Below, in pieces: positions 29,572 through 38,404 of a stretch of DNA of 64,000 nucleotides. The translations under genes and the position numbers were made by a program. The notes beneath the pieces are model-generated. The model had not been told where the DNA came from. It did not search any database and was given only the letters and a program-made list of their open reading frames with translations. Positions within the stretch are counted from its first letter, which is position 1, and each line of letters opens with the position of its first letter. This DNA comes from an uncultured Erysipelotrichaceae bacterium. Its GTDB lineage: Bacteria; Bacillota_I; Bacilli_A; RFN20; CAG-826. The stretch spans positions 9,323 through 73,322 of the forward strand of contig CACXNV010000007.1 of NCBI GenBank assembly GCA_902769185.1, read 5' to 3'.

Positions 29572-30501
29572 AATAAAGTTAAATAGTAAAGGTAGAGACA
29601 TTGATATTGCGTATATCAAAATCATCATTCCTAAAATCATTAATACGTGTGGAATAACTGCAGGGACATCTTTGGTGATACTTTTAAAAATCATGTATAC
29701 TCCAAATCCACCAAGTAAACCAATTACGGAAATAATTACAGTTAATATATTAAACAAACTTTTAAATCCACTTTGTTTATATGTGTCTTTGTAGATCATG
29801 AAATTTAAGAACGCACCTGCTAAAGAGCAAATAAAGAAGAAGATGCAAAGCATTTTTCCAGCATAGGCATCAAAAATGCCGATGTCTAAAGTCACACTTA
29901 ATAAGAAAGTAGCAACAAACGCAAATAAGAAATGAAATTTTTCTTTTTTGAATAACTCAATAGTTTCTTTAAAACTAAACTTTCCTTTTTCTTTTGGCTT
30001 ATCTTTGCTTTTTTCCTTTGCTGGTAAAGAAATGTTGTTTGTTTCAATAATCGAATTATCTTTTTCGTTGGTCGCGTATACTGTTTTAACGTTTCCAACG
30101 ATTGTTCTAAAACAATCATCATAGATTTGATATTTGCCGTTAGGAACATAAATCACAAATAATGGATTAAAAGTTTCACTTACTGCGTATAACGCTTTCA
30201 TTTTGGAAAGCACATCATAAAATGATGATATTTGAATTTCTTTAAGTTTTGAAACATCTTCAATAAATTTATCTTTATTAAATGAAGCAGTCTCAAATAC
30301 AAAAATCATCACCCCAACATCTATAACGTTAACTTGAATTTGAATAAGTTCTTTAAAAGAAATTGTTTTATCGCTAACAAAATAAAATTCAGAGAGATCT
30401 TTTCGATTAATAATCTCTTTGATTGGAGATGTTTCCTTACTAACTAAAGAGAATCTATCTTCTAATGTAATTACAGAATTATCTTTTCTAATGAATTTCA
30501 T
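29554..30501 (-). CDS. Hypothetical membrane protein (about 150-aa cytoplasmic N-domain, Lys-rich linker, about four C-terminal TM helices)
   Basis: 315 aa. No motif I recognise. Hydrophobic stretches FHFLFAFVATFLLSV, MLCIFFFICSLAGAFLNF, LFNILTVIISVIGLLGGFGVYMIF, VLMILGMMILIYAISMSLPLLF. Confidence 0.6.
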   Translation of the reverse strand: MKFIRKDNSVITLEDRFSLVSKETSPIKEIINRKDLSEFYFVSDKTISFKELIQIQVNVIDVGVMIFVFETASFNKDKFIEDVSKLKEIQISSFYDVLSKMKALYAVSETFNPLFVIYVPNGKYQIYDDCFRTIVGNVKTVYATNEKDNSIIETNNISLPAKEKSKDKPKEKGKFSFKETIELFKKEKFHFLFAFVATFLLSVTLDIGIFDAYAGKMLCIFFFICSLAGAFLNFMIYKDTYKQSGFKSLFNILTVIISVIGLLGGFGVYMIFKSITKDVPAVIPHVLMILGMMILIYAISMSLPLLFNFIKKRKK

Positions 30502-30514
30502 AGCTTATTTAACA

Positions 30515-30530
30515 TTATAATGGATTATAA
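30515..30530. promoter_or_regulatory. TTATAAT-GG-ATTATAA palindrome upstream of dfx (PerR/Fur-box-like)
   Basis: Arms 30515-30521 and 30524-30530. Same half-sites as the Bacillus 7-1-7 Per/Fur box, but with a 2-nt centre. Confidence 0.3.
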
Positions 30531-30587
30531 ATAATTTTACTTATTTAAATTGCATATATAGGTATAATAAATATAAGAGGATTCGTT

Positions 30588-30959
30588 ATGAAATTTTTAA
30601 AATGTAAGATTTGCGGCAAGATTGTCGCAGTCGTTAATGACCGTCAAGTGCCAACAATTTGTTGTGGCCAACCAATGGAAGAAATGGTGCCTAATACTTC
30701 CGATGGCGCTGTTGAAAAACATGTCCCAGTATTTGAAGTTGAAGGTAATATTGTTCGTGTTAAAGTTGGAAGTGTTGAACACCCAATGCTAGACAATCAC
30801 TACATCGAATGGATTGCTATTCAAACCAATTTAGGCAACCAAAGAAAAGTTTTAAAACCAGGTGAAAAACCAGAAGCAGAATTCGCTTTATTACCTGGAG
30901 AAAAAGTGCTCGCAGTTTTAGAACATTGCAACTTGCACGGCCTTTTTGCAACTAAGTAA
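30588..30959 (+). CDS. dfx: Desulfoferrodoxin (2Fe superoxide reductase)
   Basis: 123 aa. N-terminal desulforedoxin site CKICG...CCG; centre II ligands EKHVP, EHPM, HYIEW, EHCNLHG. Confidence 0.9.
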   Translation: MKFLKCKICGKIVAVVNDRQVPTICCGQPMEEMVPNTSDGAVEKHVPVFEVEGNIVRVKVGSVEHPMLDNHYIEWIAIQTNLGNQRKVLKPGEKPEAEFALLPGEKVLAVLEHCNLHGLFATK

Positions 30960-31030
30960 ATTTCTAGAAAAAAAATACAAAAAAACCGATAAAACTTGTG
31001 TTTTTTGACATAAAAACTCTATTTTAAAGT

Positions 31031-31062
31031 GGCTCTATCTTTTAAGGTAGGGCCTTTGTTTT
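31031..31062 (+). terminator. Rho-independent terminator of dfx
   Basis: GGCTCTATC...GGTAGGGCC stem (two G-U pairs) followed by TTTGTTTT. Confidence 0.65.
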
Positions 31063-31065
31063 GCA

Positions 31066-31091
31066 ATAAAAAAACCTCGAGAATTTCGAGG
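31066..31091 (-). terminator. Terminator of the tRNA-Ala/tRNA-Met transcript
   Basis: CCTCGA-GAATT-TCGAGG, with a T-run on the minus strand (A-run 31066-31074 on plus). Confidence 0.65.
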
Positions 31092-31102
31092 ATGTTTTCT
31101 TA

Positions 31103-31179
31103 TGGTAGCTGAGGACGGATTTGAACCGCCGACCTTGAAGGTATGAACTTCCTGCTCTAGCCAACTGAGCTACTCAGCC
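31103..31179 (-). tRNA. tRNA-Met (CAT), elongator type
   Basis: Reverse complement GGCTGAGTAGCTCAGTTGGCTAGAGCAGGAAGTTCATACCTTCAAGGTCGGCGGTTCAAATCCGTCCTCAGCTACCA. Cloverleaf folds, anticodon loop TTCATAC, encoded CCA. Lacks the initiator features (1:72 mismatch, GGG/CCC anticodon stem). Confidence 0.9.
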
Positions 31180-31184
31180 ATAAT

Positions 31185-31260
31185 TGGTGGATCTAAAGAG
31201 ACTCGAACTCTCGACCCCCTGAATGCAAATCAGGTGCTCTCCCAACTGAGCTATAAACCC
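31185..31260 (-). tRNA. tRNA-Ala (TGC), copy 1
   Basis: Reverse complement GGGTTTATAGCTCAGTTGGGAGAGCACCTGATTTGCATTCAGGGGGTCGAGAGTTCGAGTCTCTTTAGATCCACCA. G3:U70 identity pair, anticodon TGC, encoded CCA. Confidence 0.93.
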
Positions 31261-31518
31261 AGTTAGAAATAGCCTAATAATGATAGTCAAAATTAAATGT
31301 TTTTTCAATATTTTATTTATAAAAGCCTCATATGTATTTTTAAACATTTGATTTTTATTAATAGAAATATTTTCTTAAACTTCTCTAACAATATGTATTT
31401 GATAATTGTTAGACACCTTGATTTTGGCTCTATCTACCTCCTACATTGTTAAAATAGTGACTTATCTAAGAAAATACAAAAGTTGAGTAATATTAATATA
31501 AATATGTGGAATACTTTT

Positions 31519-31559
31519 TAAAAAAAATAGAAAAACACCGCCCAGTTTTGAGTGGTGTT
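31519..31559 (-). terminator. Terminator of the 640-aa surface protein gene
   Basis: AACACC...GGTGTT stem (31534-31559), with a long T-run on the minus strand (A-rich 31519-31533 on plus). Confidence 0.5.
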
Positions 31560-31589
31560 AGATTTTAAAAAATACTATCTTTAGTTATG

Positions 31590-33512
31590 TTACAAAGTAT
31601 ATATATCTGTGAAGTATAAGACTCCATCGACTAAGGCATAATCAATGCAAACTCTTCTTTCTACATCATTGATTATTATATCGTAGTAGATTTGTGTGTC
31701 TGTTATTTTCTTGGTCTCATTGTTAATTGAATTAAAGACTTCTTGGATTGTATCGCTAGTAGCGTTTTCAATGTATGCAACTCTATGATAGATAGAAGTG
31801 ATTTCACCTTCGTAAGTTATTGGTGCAACATAGTCTTTGAAATTCTGATAAGTCGTAATATTAATTAGAGCGTCAGATAAATTTGAATTTACTATCTTTT
31901 GTTTAGCTTCGATATGTAAATTAAATTTTCCAGTTTCGCTATCGACACGAATATACACTTCAATGTTATTGTAATCATAGTTAGATGTGCTTGGTGTTTT
32001 TAAAATTCTAGAATATGGATCATCTGATGGGTTAACATAACCAATATCAGTGAATAACTTAACAATTTTGTTAAGTTGTTCTTCAGTGATTGAGTCTGCT
32101 GTGATTTCTCCATATTCAAAATAGAATGTACCACTTACAGCATCAGTGAATTCTGGAAGATTATATTCATTATATTGAGCGTATTCATTAATTGGTAAGT
32201 AATCATAGACTTTGTTTTCGGTAAGTGTAACACCTAATCGATTATCCATATCATATACTTCGAGTCTATATAGACCATCTTTAGTAGAAGCGGTGCTATA
32301 ATCGCCAGCGTTAATTGTGACATTATAGACATCAAGGTCAAGACTATTGAAGTAAGCAACATATTTCTCTTTCATAGTAGATTCTGAATAAACTAAAATA
32401 TTTACTTTAGTGTTCATTGGGCTTTCTTCACTACTATAGAATTGATATTCAACATCTTCTAATTGGAAATCTGGGAAGGCAGTTGATAAATTAGCGGAAA
32501 CTTCTGCAATTTTATCTTTTGGCCATGTTGGTGTTGTTGCACCACCCATATAAGGAAGATTGGTAGAATATAAATACTGTAAACTAAACAAATTTCCAGG
32601 CATTTCCTTCATGTTAAATCCATAAGTATACGTTACAGATTTATCTTCATTTTGCTTTTGCATATACGCGATCTGGCGGCCTTCCGCTTCAGCATCCATT
32701 GTTTGAACGTATCCTTCTTGAGATACAAAAGAAACAAGATTAATTAAATTATCATATGGTACGAGTGTTTGAACCATTACTCCCATTTGTTCTGAGTTGC
32801 TGAGATTATATCCACTAACTCCAGGATAAGGGAAATTACTTGGGGCGCCATAAGAGGCTAATGTTGTAGCTTCTTCTTTACTCCATGTTGTCTTTGTTTC
32901 AACATCAACGACTTTAGGTTCGTCTTCACAAACAACATTATAAGTAAGTTCAGTTAAAGTGTAAGTTTCTGAAAAAGTGAATACTTCAATTAAGACATAA
33001 CGATATTTGTTTAAACCACCAAAATATCTGGCTATCTTTTTTCCTTGTCCAGAAGCGTAATCTTCGATATGGAAGTATAAATCGGTGTGAACTCCGCTAT
33101 TGATATCACTTATTGTTAATGGATTACTAGAAGCATAAACCGCAAAATTAAGAGTGTGTGTTGTGGTTTCGTTTTCTTTTTCGAATTCACAGTAGATATT
33201 TGAGATACCTTTCATTGGATTAAGGTTAGTGAAATAAGCAATATTATTTACTTCAGTAGTAATATCGTATTCATTAACAAGAGTGAATCCTGTGAATTTG
33301 GTCGTAACTGTGTTGCCCTTTCCATCAATACAGTTAGCAGTCAAATAATCACCTTCATCGACAACGCTTTCTCTCACTAATCCGAAATCTGTATTAGCTT
33401 TAGCCTTGACCGCATTAAAGTCGTTATTTGAAAGCAAGACGACTCCTCCGCCGATAGCTAAAGAAGTAATTGCGCATGTAGAAAGTAATAATACTTTTTT
33501 CTTCATATTCAT
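31590..33512 (-). CDS. Secreted or surface-anchored protein of unknown function (640 aa)
   Basis: N-terminal MNMKKKVLLLSTCAITSLAIGGGVVLL signal or anchor (LSTC is a weak lipobox). The rest is Tyr/Asn/Thr-rich with no recognisable motif. Confidence 0.7.
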   Translation of the reverse strand: MNMKKKVLLLSTCAITSLAIGGGVVLLSNNDFNAVKAKANTDFGLVRESVVDEGDYLTANCIDGKGNTVTTKFTGFTLVNEYDITTEVNNIAYFTNLNPMKGISNIYCEFEKENETTTHTLNFAVYASSNPLTISDINSGVHTDLYFHIEDYASGQGKKIARYFGGLNKYRYVLIEVFTFSETYTLTELTYNVVCEDEPKVVDVETKTTWSKEEATTLASYGAPSNFPYPGVSGYNLSNSEQMGVMVQTLVPYDNLINLVSFVSQEGYVQTMDAEAEGRQIAYMQKQNEDKSVTYTYGFNMKEMPGNLFSLQYLYSTNLPYMGGATTPTWPKDKIAEVSANLSTAFPDFQLEDVEYQFYSSEESPMNTKVNILVYSESTMKEKYVAYFNSLDLDVYNVTINAGDYSTASTKDGLYRLEVYDMDNRLGVTLTENKVYDYLPINEYAQYNEYNLPEFTDAVSGTFYFEYGEITADSITEEQLNKIVKLFTDIGYVNPSDDPYSRILKTPSTSNYDYNNIEVYIRVDSETGKFNLHIEAKQKIVNSNLSDALINITTYQNFKDYVAPITYEGEITSIYHRVAYIENATSDTIQEVFNSINNETKKITDTQIYYDIIINDVERRVCIDYALVDGVLYFTDIYTL

Positions 33513-33700
33513 TCGTTCTCCTTTATTTCCTATTCAAAATAACATAAATTAGCTTTTAATCAAAGTTTCTATTTGATGTATACGCTAAATAACATATTTT
33601 TTACTATAGATATTCTAAACAAAGAAAAAAATATACATTATATTAATTATTTTTTATTTTTGAGTCATTAACAAAGTATAACAATATAATAATTGTGACC

Positions 33701-33732
33701 AAAAATAAGAAACCACCTCTTGCTGAGGTGGT
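33701..33732 (-). terminator. Terminator after tRNA-Ala copy 2
   Basis: ACCACCTC-N5-GAGGTGGT (33712-33732) followed on the minus strand by TTCTTATTTTT. Confidence 0.6.
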
Positions 33733-33742
33733 ATTAAGCTAA

Positions 33743-33818
33743 TGGTGGATCTAAAGAGACTCGAACTCTCGACCCCCTGAATGCAAATCAGGTGCTCTCC
33801 CAACTGAGCTATAGACCC
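33743..33818 (-). tRNA. tRNA-Ala (TGC), copy 2
   Basis: 75/76 identical to copy 1. Position 5 is C instead of T, turning U5:G68 into C5:G68. Confidence 0.93.
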
Positions 33819-33936
33819 ATGTGAGTTTATTAACTCGCAACAAAGATTATACTTATTTTTATAATTTGTGACAACAATTATTCTAATTATTATTAGAGGG
33901 TATCTTTTTCTAATCAAAATTGTATATAATAGATAT

Positions 33937-34018
33937 GCCGTCGCGATGGTTAACTATGAACCAGGTCAGGACAGGAATGTAGCAGCCTTAAGTAACTTAG
34001 TCATGTGCGACGGTTTTT
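33937..34018 (+). ncRNA. ffs: Small (4.5S-type) signal recognition particle RNA
   Basis: GCCGTCGCG...TGCGACGG closing helix. Conserved domain IV CCAGGTCAGGACAGGAATGTAGCAGCC (GGAA tetraloop, AGCA). TATAAT at 33925-30 and a T-run at 34014-18. Confidence 0.9.
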
Positions 34019-34023
34019 GTAAG

Positions 34024-34494
34024 ATGAAAAATATTAAAGAAAGATATATGAGGCTCGCTCTTAAGGAAGCAAAAAAAGCAGAGCTTCTTGATGAGGTTCC
34101 TATTGGCTGTGTCATTGTTAAAGATAACAAAGTTATTTCTCGTGGATTTAATAAACGAGAATTAAAAAAAGATGTTACTAGTCACGCTGAAATAGAGGCG
34201 ATAAGAAGAGCAAGCAAAAAACTTGGTGACTGGCAATTAATCGATTGCGATTTATATGTCACTATTGAACCTTGTCTAATGTGTACTGGCGCAATCATTC
34301 AATCGAGGATAAAAAATGTCTATTATGGAAGTGAAGATTCTAAAGGTGGAGCGTTAGTGAGTTCATTAAATATTAATGAAGCTAAAAACTTAAATCACCA
34401 CATCAATATTGAAGGTGGCATCTTGAAAGATGAATGCTCAAATATAGTGAAACAATACTTTGCTAAGAAAAGAAAAAATAAAACACTTGGTTAA
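34024..34494 (+). CDS. tadA: tRNA-specific adenosine deaminase
   Basis: 156 aa from ATG 34024; the track ORF's 5' extension runs through the SRP RNA. VPIGCVIV, SHAEIEAI, EPCLMCTGA. Confidence 0.9.
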   Translation: MKNIKERYMRLALKEAKKAELLDEVPIGCVIVKDNKVISRGFNKRELKKDVTSHAEIEAIRRASKKLGDWQLIDCDLYVTIEPCLMCTGAIIQSRIKNVYYGSEDSKGGALVSSLNINEAKNLNHHINIEGGILKDECSNIVKQYFAKKRKNKTLG

Positions 34495-34524
34495 TTCCAA
34501 GTTTTTTTATTGTATAATGATTCT

Positions 34525-37041
34525 ATGTTTTCGAAGAAAAAGCAAAATATCGAAGTGGAAAGAGTGTCCACTGATATCAATACTGGACTTAATCAAGAAC
34601 AAATTGACTTAAGAATTAAAACTGGTTTAGTGAATAAAACCAAAATGATTGCGGGTAAAACTTATTGGGAAATTATCCGCACTGATGTTTTGAGTTTCTT
34701 TAACATCATGCTTTTTGTCATTGCAGGATTTATCATCTTTGCTAACTGCATGGATCAATCTGGCAAGGTCCACTGGTATTCTGGATTATTCTTCACTATC
34801 GTTTTAGCGTGTAATATCATTCTTGGCCTTTATCAAGATTTAAAAGCTAAACACTTGATGAGCAAACTTAAAGTTATCACCACTAGCAAATGTAAAGTGA
34901 TTAGAAATGGTGGAACTTTAGAAATTGATCCAGGTGAAATAGTTCTTGATGACATTATTGTTTTAACTGCAGGAGAACAAATTCCATCAGATTCAATTCT
35001 TTTAGAAGGCAATATTTTCGTTAATGAATCAATGTTAACTGGAGAAAGCTTAAATGTTGGTAAGTCTCTTGGCGATGTTTTATATTCTGGTAGCTATGTT
35101 ACTAGTGGCACTTGCTATGCAAGAGTGGATAAAGTTGGTAAAGCAAACTATATTGAATCATTAACTGAAAAGGCTAAAGCTTTTAAAAGAAACCCATCTC
35201 ATATTTTAAGATCTTTAAAACTTTTATTTAGATACCTCGGTATTATCATTATCACTTTTGCAGTGATTATTTTCTCTGTTTACGCAGGATTAGGCTTAAT
35301 GAATTCTGTTGAATCGTTTGCCGGCATGATTAGACCAATCGCTGGTCAATTCGTGGGTATGATTCCAGCAGGCTTATTCTTATTAACATCTTTAGCATTA
35401 GCAAGTGGAGTTTTATCCTTATACAAAAAGAAGGCTAATGTTCAAGATTTCTATTCTATAGAAATGTTAGCGAGAAGTGACGTAATTTGTGTTGATAAAA
35501 CTGGCACTATCACTGATGGAAATTTAAATGTTATTCAATTAGTTAATCTTTCTAAACTTAGTGACGCTGAAATCGGGCAGATCATTCACTCTATTGAAGT
35601 AGCCACTGGAGACACCAACGCTACCGCAAAAGCTTTATTAGAGCGCTTTGGCGATGCAAAAACTTTTGAATGTGAAAAGGTGCTCCCATTCATGAGCGAT
35701 AATAAGTATTCTGCAGTATCCACTAATTTAGGTATCACCTATTTATTAGGTGCGATTGAATTCTTAAATGTTAAAAACAAAGAAGCTTTAATTAAGCAAA
35801 GCGAAGAATATACATCTAAAGGTTATCGATTATTAGTTTTAACTAAAGGCTCATCTCCAATTAGTGGAGATCGATATTCCGATGAAGTAGAAGCTTTAGC
35901 GTTTATCGTTTTACAAGACCATGTAAAAGATGATGCACTAGCAACATTTAAATGGTTCCAAGAAAATAATGTTCAAGTCAAAGTTATCTCTGGAGATAAC
36001 GCTCTTACTGTTAGTGAGATTGCTCGAGTTGCAGGAATTGCTGGAGCGGAAAAATATGTTTCTTTAGAAGGAATGAGCATTGAAGAAGTTAAAAGTATCG
36101 CTAACGATTATGTTGTTTTTGGTAGAGTCACCCCAGAACAAAAAGAAGCTTTAGTCATCGCGCTTAGAGAAGCTAAACATACAGTCGCTATGGTGGGTGA
36201 TGGAGTTAATGACATGCTCGCTTTAAAAAGAGCGGACTGTTCAATTGCAATGAATTCAGGTTCATTAGGTGCAAGAAACGTTTCTCACGTTGTTTTATTA
36301 GATGATAACTTCTCCACTATGCCTTCGGTTGTTGGTGAAGGAAGAAGAGTTATTAATAACTTACAAAGAACCGGATCTTTATTTGTCACTAAAACAATAT
36401 TTGTTGCGGTCTTAAGTTTTGTATTCTTAATCGCTTCTTTGATTGATAAAGAAATTGTTTACCCATTCTCCACAAATAATATGATTCTTTGGGAAGTGTT
36501 TGGTATTGGTTTAGTTTCTTTCTTTATTGCGTTAGAACCTGATAGTAAGCCAATTAAAGGTGGTTTCTTAAGAAACATTATGAAAAACGCTATTCCATAT
36601 GCAGCCCTATTATTATTTGCGGTTTTAGCTAGCTACTTATGTCTCGTTTTAAATAAAAACGGTATTTATACAGGTGTTAGAGAATATGGTGTTTCTATTA
36701 CTGACACCGCTGCTGGTAGATACGGTGCTACTTCAATTGCAATCTTGTCTTTCTCTATCTTGTCTATGTTTGTTTTATATCTTACTTGTCAACCTTTAAA
36801 TCTTTATAGAGGAGTAGTCGTTGGAGCATTTGCTGCTTTACAAATTGGAATTATTCTTGCCTTTACTTTCTTAGGCGGAGAAACCAATGTTTTAAATATT
36901 AACTTTGATCGTTTAACAGGAGAAAACTGGGTCGCTATTGTAGTGATAGTGACGGTACTAGGATTCTTAGCTGTTACAATAAAAACCATTTATGGAAATA
37001 TGCAAAAAATTAAAAAGAAGGAAAAAGAAAATGAAAATTAA
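34525..37041 (+). CDS. Cation-transporting P-type ATPase (specificity not assignable)
   Basis: TGES, phosphorylation site CVDKTGTIT, MVGDGVNDMLALKRADCSIAM, about 10 TM segments. TM4 motif is PAGL rather than PEGL or CPC. ATG 34525 is preferred to TTG 34510. Confidence 0.9.
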   Translation: MFSKKKQNIEVERVSTDINTGLNQEQIDLRIKTGLVNKTKMIAGKTYWEIIRTDVLSFFNIMLFVIAGFIIFANCMDQSGKVHWYSGLFFTIVLACNIILGLYQDLKAKHLMSKLKVITTSKCKVIRNGGTLEIDPGEIVLDDIIVLTAGEQIPSDSILLEGNIFVNESMLTGESLNVGKSLGDVLYSGSYVTSGTCYARVDKVGKANYIESLTEKAKAFKRNPSHILRSLKLLFRYLGIIIITFAVIIFSVYAGLGLMNSVESFAGMIRPIAGQFVGMIPAGLFLLTSLALASGVLSLYKKKANVQDFYSIEMLARSDVICVDKTGTITDGNLNVIQLVNLSKLSDAEIGQIIHSIEVATGDTNATAKALLERFGDAKTFECEKVLPFMSDNKYSAVSTNLGITYLLGAIEFLNVKNKEALIKQSEEYTSKGYRLLVLTKGSSPISGDRYSDEVEALAFIVLQDHVKDDALATFKWFQENNVQVKVISGDNALTVSEIARVAGIAGAEKYVSLEGMSIEEVKSIANDYVVFGRVTPEQKEALVIALREAKHTVAMVGDGVNDMLALKRADCSIAMNSGSLGARNVSHVVLLDDNFSTMPSVVGEGRRVINNLQRTGSLFVTKTIFVAVLSFVFLIASLIDKEIVYPFSTNNMILWEVFGIGLVSFFIALEPDSKPIKGGFLRNIMKNAIPYAALLLFAVLASYLCLVLNKNGIYTGVREYGVSITDTAAGRYGATSIAILSFSILSMFVLYLTCQPLNLYRGVVVGAFAALQIGIILAFTFLGGETNVLNINFDRLTGENWVAIVVIVTVLGFLAVTIKTIYGNMQKIKKKEKENEN

Positions 37042-37933
37042 TCCAGAAGTATTACAAGCTTTAAAAGAAAATAGACCAGTAGTCGCATTAGAAAGCACAA
37101 TTATTAGCCATGGCATGCCTTATCCAAAAAATGTCGAAACTGCCTTAAAAGTTGAAGAGACTATTAGATCTCACGGAGCAGTTCCTGCCACTATCGGAAT
37201 TATTGATGGTGAACCAATTGTTGGTATGACACCAGAAGAAATTGAAGAATTTGGCAAAAGAAAAGGCGTCCTTAAAGTATCTAGAAGAGATTTACCTGTG
37301 GTGTACGCTAAAAAGTTATGGGGAGCTACTACAGTAGCAACCACAATGATTATTGCTAACCAAGCTGGTATCGAAGTATTTGTTACTGGAGGTATTGGTG
37401 GAGTTCATAGAGGGGCAACAGAAACTATGGATATTTCTGCTGACTTACAAGAGCTTGCTAAAACTAATGTCACTGTCGTTTGTGCCGGAGCAAAAGCTAT
37501 ATTAGATTTACCCTTAACGCTTGAGTATTTAGAAACTATGGGTGTTCCTGTCTTAGGATTTAAAACCGAAGAACTTCCTGCATTCTATAATTCTCACTCT
37601 GGATTAAAAGTAGATTATAAAGTTGAGTCCGCTTATGAAATGGCAAAGATTATTAAAGCTAAACGTGAAAATGGTTTAGTAGGCGGTATCTTACTTACCA
37701 ATCCAATTCCAGAACAATATGAAATGCCTAAAGATGTCATCGATAAAGCGATTGCCACTGCTTTAAAAGAAATGGATAAACAAGGTATCAAAGGAAAAGA
37801 ATGTACCCCATTCTTACTTAAGACCATTACCGATTTAACTGGTGGTGACTCTTTAGAGAGTAACATCAAATTAGTGCTTAATAACGCTGCTGTAGGTAGC
37901 GAAGTAGCTAAGGAATATTGCAAAATAAAATAA
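37031..37933 (+). CDS. psuG: Pseudouridine-5'-phosphate glycosidase
   Basis: 300 aa from ATG 37031: MKINPEVLQALKENRPVVALESTIISHGMPYP...VFVTGGIGGVHRG. 11-nt overlap with the ATPase. Confidence 0.9.
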   Translation: MKINPEVLQALKENRPVVALESTIISHGMPYPKNVETALKVEETIRSHGAVPATIGIIDGEPIVGMTPEEIEEFGKRKGVLKVSRRDLPVVYAKKLWGATTVATTMIIANQAGIEVFVTGGIGGVHRGATETMDISADLQELAKTNVTVVCAGAKAILDLPLTLEYLETMGVPVLGFKTEELPAFYNSHSGLKVDYKVESAYEMAKIIKAKRENGLVGGILLTNPIPEQYEMPKDVIDKAIATALKEMDKQGIKGKECTPFLLKTITDLTGGDSLESNIKLVLNNAAVGSEVAKEYCKIK

Positions 37934-38404
37934 CTTTATGAAAACAGGACACGCACTTGCTCTTACTTTAAAAGATATCACGATACATATGATTTATTAA
38001 CTCAAGTATTCTTAGAAGAAAAAATTCCTGGAGTTAATAATGCAACAACCTTTCAAGAACTTATAGTCTTTGTTTTTGAATACTATAAAGATAATCAAGC
38101 GTTTGTAGATGCAACTTTACAAAGTGCAGGTAGTGACTTATTTTCAGAATTTGTTTATAACGTCTTTTATACCACTGCTTTAAAGTTCATTAAGAAGATT
38201 GATGAGGACAACATTCTTCACCCAAATACCAAGAAATCAATTGCTAGATTTTACGCTTATGGATATGGCAATTCCACTGTTTATTATTTGACTAATTACA
38301 AGAACAAAACACTTATCGGTTTAATGAATTCTTTCAACTTTATTGATAAGGAAAATTTTAAGAAAAATGTGCAAAAAGCCATCAATTTGGAGAAAAAACA
38401 ATGA
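37934..38404 (+). pseudogene. 5'-truncated TetR/AcrR-family regulator remnant (HTH lost)
   Basis: A stop-free frame of about 155 codons, with no start codon, directly continues the psuG frame after its TAA: ...TRTCSYFKRYHDTYDLLTQVFLEE...FYAYGYGNSTVYYL...EKKQ. SYFKRYHDTYDLL matches the end of the TetR HTH (STFY.HF.DKYDLL). Its TGA overlaps the ADH start. Not in the ORF track. Confidence 0.55.

Noticed and set aside
31261-33742. The segment between the tRNA-Ala copies as an integrative mobile element or genomic island.
   Set aside because: It has no integrase, recombinase, excisionase or transfer gene, and the repeats are whole tRNA genes rather than partial attL/attR. It is reported only as a recombination-prone duplication.
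33654-33917. 87-aa minus-strand ORF.
   Set aside because: It runs straight through tRNA-Ala copy 2 (33743-33818) and its terminator, so it is not coding.
37938-38000. 20-codon ORF MKTGHALALTLKDITIHMIY as the TetR N-terminus joined by a frameshift.
   Set aside because: It overlaps the same nucleotides as the continuing TetR frame (SYFKRYHDTYDLL), so both cannot be ancestral. The resemblance to a TetR helix is weak.
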